A stretch of DNA of 44,242 nucleotides from a virus: positions 1 through 44,242 of the IMG/VR virus record IMGVR_UViG_3300045988_084446. One strand, 5' to 3'. The position numbers and the translations under genes were made by a program. Shown piece by piece: positions 21,301-26,681 of this stretch (positions are counted from its first letter, which is position 1; each line of letters begins with the position of its first letter). The notes below the pieces were generated by a model. It saw only the letters and a program-made list of their open reading frames with translations, made no database searches and had not been told where the DNA came from.

Positions 21301-21384
21301 GACAATTACCGTCTCAATAATCCAGATGATCTGCGTGAATTTATCGCAAAGACAATTCTGGATAAGAAACTCAAACAGAAATAG
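12397..21384 (+). CDS. Giant 2995-aa ejection/core 'polyvalent' protein (T7 gp16 position) with an H-Y-E-type ADP-ribosyltransferase motif and a zincin-like HExxH motif
   Basis: Uninterrupted 8988-nt ORF with RBS GGGAGG. A Gly/Ala-rich hydrophobic stretch (GGVGQAVGAMIGGAAENIPMIASAQGIGAVAGGITLAV) looks membrane-inserting. SAWHGTPHDF...GWGLYFA matches ART motifs 1 and 2 (PARP LWHGS / GIYFA; diphtheria toxin YHGT). FMHEMAHNF is a zincin HExxH. Confidence 0.6.
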   Translation: MDPQKRAEIEQMMRRDVASGNIGVKIKMPGENNNDELNDIVNYAPTSEYTIYDTGRRDDAGNPIMSSDVMDLMMTKSYEPQKESDWSVSNIADAVYTKLRDNFYDGSVQPVDFDNPYYTKDMTAPPEPITGKDLIKGAMPESFQASKLYADYFYGEDEKREQIKKAHDLTGIRAETIANDPDVWEKVMKIVQRAEKLKKLPGMVDANGDLNMSRVYEAMPYLREIVEKRGTNEAVMMLQNAEGLQTVNDAYSNEFMRFAGSVATGVERGYYNIRKQLTYANAMIGRRKLTEDEQNWITALDKKKEELPEYSYGGVGQAVGAMIGGAAENIPMIASAQGIGAVAGGITLAVTKNPGTAANVGRAAAIAVMGLEIGGSQYEENLSKLDAKGRAMYTPTEAAAISATQGLTEGVIEQLALQKIARTIFGRGEAKSLRDLYAGAGAKDLALAAEGATANEAARALIKERILGAAKAGAITFNTELQEEFAQQVSDMVIENMAQMALKGDDAEIASVREILQKSTTAAIEAAPSIAGFGLLGFGGHVGAHTNTMLHARSHMEQLVKNRLYRSVNENQHLMNTVEAVGNNLKNVQELQGKAPDLVNEMLDSQNRRYGIETTAVDIVSLNQEESGAELVQEIAAANNISAEELQACADGTGMLPVKTSTLQQMTTHLDEGKRKALFQNITKSSDLYTDKQAQHEAKIVKEILGAFREKTEEEVGDSVDRYVESAFAEHEHRALARDILLADVNHPAAEIKRRMNRLDSDLAELTAVQSDGGAESAEYLAHIQPEIDKINAQKAALSTVEGTIKGLQPGDVVATAELSPEARGVYHELAGQLGDAKSKKARTAARASALLTARYAERMAKIYSEVKGEPYTAADYMREHLRVDARADDKKREAAKKKAEVVKDFIDTHFPDAAEREMAVIATMQDAVSPAKGWRRLYNDFVEDRDELLRPALDALGRGMGNGVDIVPIDDDGRGIRVSNNEPWYRYFYKEHGRPPRKGELTDLAYRLTVGDASAPKIEGWAPASQEDIDAMEAAKGQLDELNGYIHTLENIKERMMQMDTEALNQDEAQTGVFGDREKAIAVREIRNLVPLEVVLTGKPLDKKAAEAVFSTFGEVENPRYGTYATFPKSMVGKIIKHRGLDVSQMLTDIPRLFSSSVLALVEPEYKKEGHKEHPNILAYHHYVNKFTADGTTYYIRFSLREEKTKNRAKPSAKRILHSTGISDIQIYEENKKDVSSQRIRVSDPGEESKTSFVDHRLAELFDSVKDIPADENAETLEQSAWHGTPHDFREFLLEMIGTGEGAQTHGWGLYFAQNREVSEWYKDVLGEVQQAIIHAGDKTYAVHPDGYRVERNSGKPLKEGSSIEIALSAFEDSNANVKQAIRETEEYLERMERIKDTDVREKNKDLIREALKILQEEADTWNLEKKKSSLFHVEIPDNDVLLDEQKPFDEQPQFVQEKLREVFADEDNNRKARFAKEIKSYEAKIKDYDLVLSENATIEERQAAAERLIQGGSVYGVPLERALGPEFRQDFQLGREDVEYYKEQTQEALDNYQTILKSYRNGKAIYESLSYSLGSPKAASLALNEVGIKGITYDGQRDGRCFVIFDDQAIQIIEKYNQDHAHGAKGNITATLGGTQRLISLMQVADQSTFMHEMAHNFLFDLEHIAEVAPESRYAKDLAAIQKWATWTKGAADEYVGTASAAEFRNREEKILAAEKKGDAAETERLKREWMQERFARGFEEYLRSGEAPAQGLRAVFRRFKAWLTRIYKDVTGAGVRASAEVEAIMARMIATDEEIEAAAVVKRAQRLQKIDPELLNADSAETMIQWETEAKERAKETLLKELIREMQGRDVDAHMEEYEAQLKAEMRENPVWQAEAVAETFGVGQVIASGYYPTVESYEKALKDAGGGFDAAYNRQMREERERYKTEMPNAEAIAQRAEEVLASQEYTARQTALEGELLNEYIKAYDNAPQRLKDAMIGVARALEREEDAPLEKAVTALKYAFRWQEKQAQEIDDLRALLSSAKESGEEDRTKMREKFGEAFNRLKLSAAQNLEAVRSLRDSAAGRVAAMRAYAQQHLENAPTHEATNTRHWMRQVQSAAKETERHLTNMLRKNNGIEKEDTGDKDLAAARTAKTRQLAMEAMTHESVKLKRELDRMVKYFARREKNLANDKTGKIDGNHRYFIHHLLYVFGLRRSDGVPLMGEGARSWSELMQEIKDSNDGFDGVDIPEWLTSAATSRDTQRKYTELSMQELRDLRMLVEYLYVTGRNKNTLLTSGENIDEVAARMYQNYEEHIGEQDGGKEAHTYMVQLLKPETMLKVIGGKSGAIVDYLYNTLFDAQEKKTEALEENAKRLEVIIGQYYTQKDRRKAWSKKLGINLTDGTELTKENVLSMALNWGNEGNRSRLVAGLSTKTPYIEKDVEEIFAKTMTKKDWAFVQEIWDYLNEHGDAVNEVVEKSAGTPMKRVAPDEFTIEASTGELLTIRGGYYPIRYDPKRSERAADQELATVAESVGGAMAFGSGMGSTKNRANGAPLGRPLDLSLDVMYRHIDQQIHIAAMRLACRDVYKLLNHSAVKEPILQTLGKDAYDSLKRWVENTWQEPMNNNLYIETKAEEWRANTVTAIMAFRVSTALLNASNIMPMADRLGTVNAVQAMLQYLRHPQRIRQFVLNDSAFMRNRAHNMDRDLNTKGKDIFGGKNSVRKCLIKYGTWLMEETDMLCSVPTYYWTYQGRYNKEVADGTDEIIARERAHREAHEAVRSIFGSADSIDRSAVQRSQSGLVKAFTPFFSFFNAQMNAVWEKYYAGRYDKHKSNFVERYSGFVRSYLFRFVAMAAIETMIRQSLEAVSAGSGDKKDKDEWYKKFLKQWAANSLGSVASGFPVINMVGEIAQGMITGKLQQGRNSGVVFAAVGRLTDPIQMAHSLQSDKSKIDAIDFGRALTKGIAGTIYAVPDTLTDGFWNTARFMTDNYRLNNPDDLREFIAKTILDKKLKQK

Positions 21385-21395
21385 GAGGTATCAAC

Positions 21396-22475
21396 ATGAC
21401 TGTTGAAAATCCGAATGTCAAGAATACGTATAGGGGAAATGGTTCTACAACCGTTTTCCCTTTTACATTTCTGCTCAACCCTGAGGATGTGAATAATGTT
21501 GTCGTTACTCTGACCGATGAAAACGGAACGGAGACTTCGACGACGGATTTTGTGTTGTCTCTGAGTGATAAGAATGTGCTCTATCCAAAGAGCGGAACGC
21601 AGCCGCTGCCGAACGGGTGGAAAATCACCATTCAGCGTCAAATCCCTTACACTCAAACACTCAATCTGATTAGTCAAGGGATATTCTATGCCGAGGACAT
21701 AGAAGCGCAGCTTGATCGACAGGAGATGCAGATACAGCAACTCGCAGAGATTGTCGAGCGCACTGTGCGCGTCGCGATCAGCTCTGACATTGCCCCTGCC
21801 GAGCTGATCGCAAAAATCTTCCAGACGGGTGTTGATGTTGCTGCTCAGCTTCTCGCCGCACAGCAAAGCGCATCTGCGGCGCAGCAGGCCGCACAGAACG
21901 CGAAAGAAAGCGAAAACAGCGCATCGCATGCCGTTGCCCTCGCGACCAATGCAAAAAATACCGCAGAGGAACATCGGCGTGCCGCCGAATCCGCCGCGGG
22001 CGCAGCGCAAACGGCGCGAACGGAAGCAGAGCAGAGCAGACAGGAAGCCGGCAAAAGTCAAACGGCAAGCGCCGCATCCGAAACGCACGTCAAGGCAATG
22101 GAGGACAATATTACCTCAATAAAACGACACATCGACGGAATCAACGTCGAAGTCGACAAAGCCGAATCTGCTGCAAAGAGCGCACAGGAAAGCGCAAAAA
22201 GCGCCGCAGAATCTGCCGCCGCCGCACAAAAAGCCGTCGGTACATACTCAAAAGCCGATCTGGATAAAAAATTCCAGGAGCTCGACCAACAGAACGCCTC
22301 TAAATTTGTTGCGAAATCCGGCGACAGCATGACAGGTGCGCTCACGGTACCTGCTCTGACCGCTACCGGAAAGATCAAAGCTGATGGCGGAGTAGAGGGA
22401 AATGCCTCGACGGCATCGGCGCTCAGCACAAATGTCCTGACGTTTGCCAACGGAACAAAAATCTGGGTGGAGTGA
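21396..22475 (+). CDS. Tail fibre protein with a T7 gp17-type N-terminal domain
   Basis: N-terminus NTYRGNGSTTVFPFTFLL matches T7 gp17 YQLDGSNRDFNIPFEYL. The central region is Ala/Gln/Ser-rich and coiled-coil-like. RBS AGGAGGT. Confidence 0.65.
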   Translation: MTVENPNVKNTYRGNGSTTVFPFTFLLNPEDVNNVVVTLTDENGTETSTTDFVLSLSDKNVLYPKSGTQPLPNGWKITIQRQIPYTQTLNLISQGIFYAEDIEAQLDRQEMQIQQLAEIVERTVRVAISSDIAPAELIAKIFQTGVDVAAQLLAAQQSASAAQQAAQNAKESENSASHAVALATNAKNTAEEHRRAAESAAGAAQTARTEAEQSRQEAGKSQTASAASETHVKAMEDNITSIKRHIDGINVEVDKAESAAKSAQESAKSAAESAAAAQKAVGTYSKADLDKKFQELDQQNASKFVAKSGDSMTGALTVPALTATGKIKADGGVEGNASTASALSTNVLTFANGTKIWVE

Positions 22476-22479
22476 GATC

Positions 22480-23043
22480 ATGGCGGAACTGGTAAAAAAA
22501 CTCAAACTGCAAAATACCAAAGGCGTCGTCGAATCCTGCACGCTCTACTCAACAAAGGAAGAGGCGAACGCGATGGGCGGCGTCCTGCCGCTCCATGTAG
22601 ACGGTGTGGACTGCTTCGCAGCGCTGGGGGCTGTCACCGAAAGCGAAGCGACCAGCGGCCGGCAGGAGAAAAACGGAGTATCGCTTGCGATCCTAAAGCA
22701 GGGCGGAATTACGCCGGGGAGTATCACCGTGCAAGGAACGGGAACGTTTACCGTTCCGAAGGGCGTCGCTGTTTTGCAGCTGACATATTTAAACGTAAAC
22801 CAACAGAAAGCAACTCGCTATGTAAAAGTGGAGGCAGGGAAAACTTATGGTTATGAGACTTTGAGATTATCGGGAGAAGATCAAAATCGCCAAATTGTGA
22901 TAAATATGAGAATAGCGTTTGGAAATTTCCTCGTTAGAGAAGGAACGGGAAATATAATGAACATGGTGGAAAAACATAAACTTCCAATCACCCTCGAATG
23001 GTCAAACAGCATCAATAAAGAGACGCCCAACGGCACCGCATAA
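22480..23043 (+). CDS. Hypothetical protein, possibly a distal tail-fibre/receptor-binding module or fibre chaperone
   Basis: ORF immediately after the fibre gene with GGAG 8 nt upstream. Gly/Thr-rich beta-like sequence. Position only. Confidence 0.35.
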   Translation: MAELVKKLKLQNTKGVVESCTLYSTKEEANAMGGVLPLHVDGVDCFAALGAVTESEATSGRQEKNGVSLAILKQGGITPGSITVQGTGTFTVPKGVAVLQLTYLNVNQQKATRYVKVEAGKTYGYETLRLSGEDQNRQIVINMRIAFGNFLVREGTGNIMNMVEKHKLPITLEWSNSINKETPNGTA

Positions 23044-23055
23044 AAGGAGAGCACA

Positions 23056-23397
23056 ATGAACAAATACGCAGAAATATTGTACGGAAAAGTACGATCCGTC
23101 CACGAAGACGAACGCGACTTTGATACGTGGCGAAGCATATTCTCGCCCTCTACCTACTGGGTAGACGTTACGGGCGTGGAATGTAAAGTCGGCTACGTTG
23201 CCACATTTGACCCCAATATCGGACTTGTCCTTAGTCCTCCGAAAACGGAGACACCAAAGGGAGAGGATACGAATCCGACGGCAGAAACAGCCGACGAAGA
23301 AAGCGTATCCATATTTGAAGCTGTCGCCGCACAAGAAGTGCGTCTCACAGAAATCGAAGAGGCCCTGCAAGCACTGAAAGGAGGTGAGAAAAAATGA
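23056..23397 (+). CDS. Hypothetical protein
   Basis: ORF with RBS AAAAGGAGAG. Confidence 0.35.
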   Translation: MNKYAEILYGKVRSVHEDERDFDTWRSIFSPSTYWVDVTGVECKVGYVATFDPNIGLVLSPPKTETPKGEDTNPTAETADEESVSIFEAVAAQEVRLTEIEEALQALKGGEKK

Positions 23398-23558
23398 AGA
23401 AGTACAGCTATATGATTCCCGTCTATGCATTCCTCGTGCGTCATGAAAAATACGCAATCTCTGAGGAGAGCAAGACGGAAGGACAAAAAGTCGTGCCTGT
23501 CATCTATCAAGAGGATGTCGCCCTCTACATTGCGGAGCATGCGGAGAAAGAAGTGTAA
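23394..23558 (+). CDS. Hypothetical small protein (54 aa)
   Basis: ATGA overlap with the upstream stop. RBS GAAAGGAGGTG 7 nt upstream. Confidence 0.35.
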   Translation: MKKYSYMIPVYAFLVRHEKYAISEESKTEGQKVVPVIYQEDVALYIAEHAEKEV

Positions 23559-23569
23559 TTACAGGGAGT

Positions 23570-23600
23570 AGGGGCGTTACTCCGTCGGAATAGCGCCCCT
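23570..23600 (+). promoter_or_regulatory. Strong stem-loop between the tail and lysis modules. It lacks a U-tract
   Basis: AGGGGCG ... CGCCCCT 7-bp stem with further internal pairing. Confidence 0.35.
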
Positions 23601-23882
23601 ATGTATAAGGAAGTAATGAGGTGCAACGTGGCAAGAGGAGAAATACTGGCCGAGCTCGAGAGCATCAAAGCGCAGATTAGGACCCTTGCGGAAAAACTGC
23701 CGATGGGACGCGATCAGCTCTATGCAATCAATGAGCGGATTGCCCGTCTGGAAGAAAGCACAAAATCCGCGCATCATCGGCTGGACGAATTTAAGCATGA
23801 CGTCTGTTGGACGATTGGGATGAGTACGACCATCGTCGGCATCTTCGCGTCGATTCTGACGTGGGCGCTCGGAGGGAGGTGA
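23601..23882 (+). CDS. XhlA-like holin-associated / lysis membrane protein
   Basis: About 90 aa: coiled-coil (ILAELESIKAQIRTLAEKL...RIARLEE) followed by a single C-terminal TM (WTIGMSTTIVGIFASILTWALGG). Start is ambiguous among 23601, 23616 and 23628. Confidence 0.45.
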   Translation: MYKEVMRCNVARGEILAELESIKAQIRTLAEKLPMGRDQLYAINERIARLEESTKSAHHRLDEFKHDVCWTIGMSTTIVGIFASILTWALGGR

Positions 23883-23886
23883 GACA

Positions 23887-24240
23887 ATGCTCAAAGTCTC
23901 ACAGTGGTTCGGGCGCGCAGGAAAATATCTGCGCGACATGACAAAAAGTCACGCTGCCATGCGTTACATCGTATGGTATGCTGCAATGATCGTGATCTGC
24001 GTCATGATCTATGTGACAGCGTGGCTCTATGATTGGAACACAAAAATGCATCCTGATCTCGTGGAGATGCGAAATTTCCTCCACGAGATCAGCGGGGCGG
24101 CGTGGATTGCGGTCATCGGATTCCTCGCAAAGTCATTCATCGACCGCGACGAGAATGGAATCCCCGACCAGTACGAAGAGAAAAAGGAGGACAAAGACAA
24201 TGGAAAGAGTACATCTGAAAGATCTGAATCTGACGTATGA
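23887..24240 (+). CDS. Holin (two TM segments)
   Basis: 117 aa with TM1 YIVWYAAMIVICVMIYVTAWLY and TM2 AAWIAVIGFLAKSF plus a charged C-terminus. RBS GGAGGGAGGTG. Immediately upstream of, and overlapping, the endolysin gene. Confidence 0.6.
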   Translation: MLKVSQWFGRAGKYLRDMTKSHAAMRYIVWYAAMIVICVMIYVTAWLYDWNTKMHPDLVEMRNFLHEISGAAWIAVIGFLAKSFIDRDENGIPDQYEEKKEDKDNGKSTSERSESDV

Positions 24241-24694
24241 TGCGGGGCGACTGAGCACGCGCCGCGAAACGGATATGATCGTCCTGCATCACACAGGCAA
24301 CCCGACCGATGATGATCTCTCTGCGGAGGAGATTAATGCATCGCATCAGGCGCAGGGGTGGACGTGCATCGGGTACCACTATGTCGTCCGCAAGGACGGA
24401 ACCATAGAGGTCGGGCGGCCGCATTGGACCATCGGCGCGCATGCGTCGGGGGAAAACTACCACACGATCGGCATCCACGTCTGCGGCAATTTTGAGATCG
24501 GATATCCGACGGCCGCGCAGATTGAGAGTACAGCGATGCTGTTGGCTAACGTTTGCACGGATTACGGACTGCCGATTGACCGCGATCACATCGTCGGGCA
24601 CAGAGCGCTGATGGGGACGGCATGCCCCGGCAGGAATCTCTTTGCGCAGATGGATGAGATCGTCGGCAAAGCGAATTTCTACGCCAATCAATGA
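24200..24694 (+). CDS. Endolysin, N-acetylmuramoyl-L-alanine amidase (Amidase_2/PGRP fold)
   Basis: Translation MIVLHHTGNP...GYHYVVRKDGTIEVGRPHWTIGAHA...NYHTIGIHVCGNFE...IVGHRALMGTACPG carries the Zn-binding H/H/C signature. RBS AAGGAGG 9 nt upstream of the ATG at 24200. Out of frame with the listed ORF 24029. Confidence 0.75.
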   Translation: MERVHLKDLNLTYDAGRLSTRRETDMIVLHHTGNPTDDDLSAEEINASHQAQGWTCIGYHYVVRKDGTIEVGRPHWTIGAHASGENYHTIGIHVCGNFEIGYPTAAQIESTAMLLANVCTDYGLPIDRDHIVGHRALMGTACPGRNLFAQMDEIVGKANFYANQ

Positions 24695-24707
24695 GGAGGT
24701 GTTATAT

Positions 24708-25328
24708 ATGTTTGAACGGGTGAAAGATATCATTACAAAGCACAAAACCGTTCTTCTGGTGATCCTGTGTCTGTTGATTATAGGCGTTGCATACGCCGTT
24801 GGCCGACACTCTGCATCCGAGCAGACGGCGGCGGAAAAGCCCGCAGTCCTGACGCAGGAGCAAACGCAGGACGCGGCAGCACTGCGGGCGCAGCTCGATA
24901 TCTCACGCGCCAACGCACAGGCACTCCAAAAGCGTCTTGCAGATGTGCAGGCGGGACAACGTACGCCGGCGGCTACATATTATGTATCAGCTCCAACGGT
25001 CGAGCGTGCTGCGCAGGTGGTAGAGCGGCAAATACGAGAGGACGATCCTACACTGCCACGGGCGGCGCGTGAAAAGAGTGATCGCACCGTGGTTACTCCG
25101 ATCACAAAGGATAAGGACGGCAAAGACCTATCGCCGGCAGATCAGAAGGTTGACGTCTACAAGATCAACCTGCGCAAAGATCACCGCATCAAGGCAGGTG
25201 CATCTGTCATTGACGGCAAGGTACTGATGACCGTCGGCTACGAGCAAGGACGATTTGAGGCACTGGCACACTTTGACGGGGCGCGCTATAAGGGCGCGAC
25301 CGTCATGTATAACGTCGCCGAGTGGTGA
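24708..25328 (+). CDS. Lysis accessory protein, i-spanin-like (N-terminal TM plus periplasmic coiled-coil)
   Basis: Start ATG 24708 with GAGGAGGTG 6 nt upstream. TM segment LLVILCLLIIGVAYAV followed by AALRAQLDISRANAQALQKRLADVQAG. Directly after the endolysin. Confidence 0.45.
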   Translation: MFERVKDIITKHKTVLLVILCLLIIGVAYAVGRHSASEQTAAEKPAVLTQEQTQDAAALRAQLDISRANAQALQKRLADVQAGQRTPAATYYVSAPTVERAAQVVERQIREDDPTLPRAAREKSDRTVVTPITKDKDGKDLSPADQKVDVYKINLRKDHRIKAGASVIDGKVLMTVGYEQGRFEALAHFDGARYKGATVMYNVAEW

Positions 25329-25344
25329 ATAGTTGAATCGACTG

Positions 25345-25372
25345 GGGGGGAGATGTTTTGCGGCGTCTCCCT
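25345..25372 (+). promoter_or_regulatory. Hairpin after the lysis cassette, a possible weak terminator
   Basis: GGGGGAGA ... TCTCCC stem, followed by TTAGTTGGTTT. Confidence 0.3.
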
Positions 25373-25397
25373 TAGTTGGTTTAAGGAGGTATGGAGC

Positions 25398-26009
25398 ATG
25401 CTTGAGAGTGAACTATGCAATTACGCAGAAAAACTTGCCAATTTTATTCGGGGAAAAAACTTTGCGCCAGTTGCCAAAAGGAAGCCATACTATCACATGG
25501 GAGCAACAATAACCGACTCTATACTACAGGCAGGTTTAAATTACCATCATGTAGTCTATCCGCGTGTTCTTAAACTCCTCACAAAATATCCGGACTACAA
25601 GACGACATGTGATTTCATTATTTTGATGCAGGTCGCGCCCCTCTCGGAACTCATCTCTTGGAAAAATCCGAAAAAGCTACAACGCGTTAAAGATTTAACA
25701 TGGTTTCTATATAACAATGGCATCAAAAATGAAGATCAGCTTGCAAAATGGCTTGATATAGAAGAAAACATAAGTCAGCTAAGAAAGCTTGATGGCATTG
25801 GACCTAAGACCATTGATTACCTAAAAATGCTTTCTGGCAGTCAGGCGATTGCTATAGATCGTCACCTATTTGCATTCTTGGAGTTGGCAGGGATACCTCA
25901 TTGCTCATACCAAGAGGCTAGCCTTATATATGGCAAGACAGCAGAGTTATTGAATACGAGTCAATATGAGCTGGACAAGCAAGTATGGCTGTATATGGCT
26001 AAAACTTAA
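25398..26009 (+). CDS. Low-GC moron: HhH-GPD-like (endonuclease III/DNA-glycosylase-like helix-hairpin-helix) protein
   Basis: AGGAGGT 7 nt upstream of the ATG. LRKLDGIGPKTIDYLKMLSGSQAIAIDRHLFAF resembles the HhH motif of EndoIII (LPGVGRKTANVVL...AVDTHIFRV). Composition is markedly AT-rich relative to its flanks. Has its own terminator. Confidence 0.45.
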   Translation: MLESELCNYAEKLANFIRGKNFAPVAKRKPYYHMGATITDSILQAGLNYHHVVYPRVLKLLTKYPDYKTTCDFIILMQVAPLSELISWKNPKKLQRVKDLTWFLYNNGIKNEDQLAKWLDIEENISQLRKLDGIGPKTIDYLKMLSGSQAIAIDRHLFAFLELAGIPHCSYQEASLIYGKTAELLNTSQYELDKQVWLYMAKT

Positions 26010-26025
26010 AATTTGATGTTTGTGC

Positions 26026-26062
26026 ATAAGCCCCGGGGCTTCGGCTCTGGGGCTTATTTTTT
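26026..26062 (+). terminator. Rho-independent terminator
   Basis: ATAAGCCCC - 14-nt loop - GGGGCTTAT, then TTTTTT. Confidence 0.8.
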
Positions 26063-26063
26063 G

Positions 26064-26092
26064 TTGACAATATTGGGTTAATTGTCTATACT
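26064..26092 (+). promoter_or_regulatory. Sigma70-type promoter P1 (TTGACA - 17 nt - TATACT) with an embedded 6-9-6 palindrome GACAAT...ATTGTC
   Basis: TTGACA at 26064-26069, 17-nt spacer, TATACT at 26087-26092. The palindrome lies within the spacer and is operator-like. Confidence 0.6.
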
Positions 26093-26098
26093 ATAACT

Positions 26099-26186
26099 GT
26101 CTCACCCGCTTGGGTGTGTGGATTGAAAATTGTGATTGGATAGAATAGAAAAAGCAGAGACCTTTTATAAGGTTTCTGCTTTTTTC
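26099..26186 (+). ncRNA. Candidate phage small RNA of about 85-90 nt, from P1 to an intrinsic terminator
   Basis: No ORF or RBS. 5' hairpin CACCC-GCTT-GGGTG at 26103-26116. 3' terminator GCAGAGACC - 8 nt - GGTTTCTGC at 26154-26179, followed by TTTTTTC. Confidence 0.4.
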
Positions 26187-26227
26187 TTTGCCTAGAAATT
26201 TTTTTTGAAAAAATATAAAATAAACTA

Positions 26228-26256
26228 TTGACATAGTACTATTGCAATGGTACAAT
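26228..26256 (+). promoter_or_regulatory. Sigma70-type promoter P2 (TTGACA - 17 nt - TACAAT) upstream of the acidic protein gene
   Basis: Perfect -35 at 26228-26233 and TACAAT at 26251-26256. The spacer contains two 8-bp palindromes, TAGTACTA and ATTGCAAT. Confidence 0.6.
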
Positions 26257-26312
26257 GTAATCAAGATAAAGGTCAGGGGGCAAAAGCCCCAGAGAAAGAG
26301 GAGGATTTAAAA

Positions 26313-26633
26313 ATGATCAAGTTGACGAATGAAGTAAAATATACCGCGGAATACACTCCGATCGCCATCGCAGAAGATGGAAAGCGCTTTGTATTTCTCT
26401 GCGATGCGTTTTGGGATTGTGACTTCTACCGAGCACGGGCGTTCTGCCCCGATGATACGCCGGACGAAGACGGAGACCGTCCGACCTATGACATCTGCTT
26501 TGAGATTATCAACACAGAGTGCACCGATGAGGCAAACGCCTGCGACTGGGAATCTGTATATGATTACGAGGAGAACGGCGATTACATCGACGAGGATGCA
26601 GCGACCGTGTTGACGGAGCTTGCCTGCGAATAG
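26313..26633 (+). CDS. Highly acidic, Cys-containing small protein (106 aa). Candidate DNA-mimic or anti-defence protein
   Basis: RBS AGAGGAGG 8 nt upstream of the ATG. About 30% Asp+Glu (DDTPDEDGD, YDYEENGDYIDEDAA) and seven Cys. Own promoter and terminator. Confidence 0.5.
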   Translation: MIKLTNEVKYTAEYTPIAIAEDGKRFVFLCDAFWDCDFYRARAFCPDDTPDEDGDRPTYDICFEIINTECTDEANACDWESVYDYEENGDYIDEDAATVLTELACE

Positions 26634-26654
26634 TGATTGTCTTTTGAATCCCCA

Positions 26655-26681
26655 CCCTCACCGTATTCCGGTGAGGGTTTT
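26655..26681 (+). terminator. Rho-independent terminator
   Basis: CCCTCACCG - TATTC - CGGTGAGGG, then TTTT. Confidence 0.7.

Noticed and set aside
24029-24694. Listed 221-aa ORF starting at 24029
   Set aside because: The 5' portion overlaps the holin in another frame. The amidase domain begins at the RBS-preceded ATG at 24200. The longer ORF is an upstream open extension of that frame, and I report 24200..24694.
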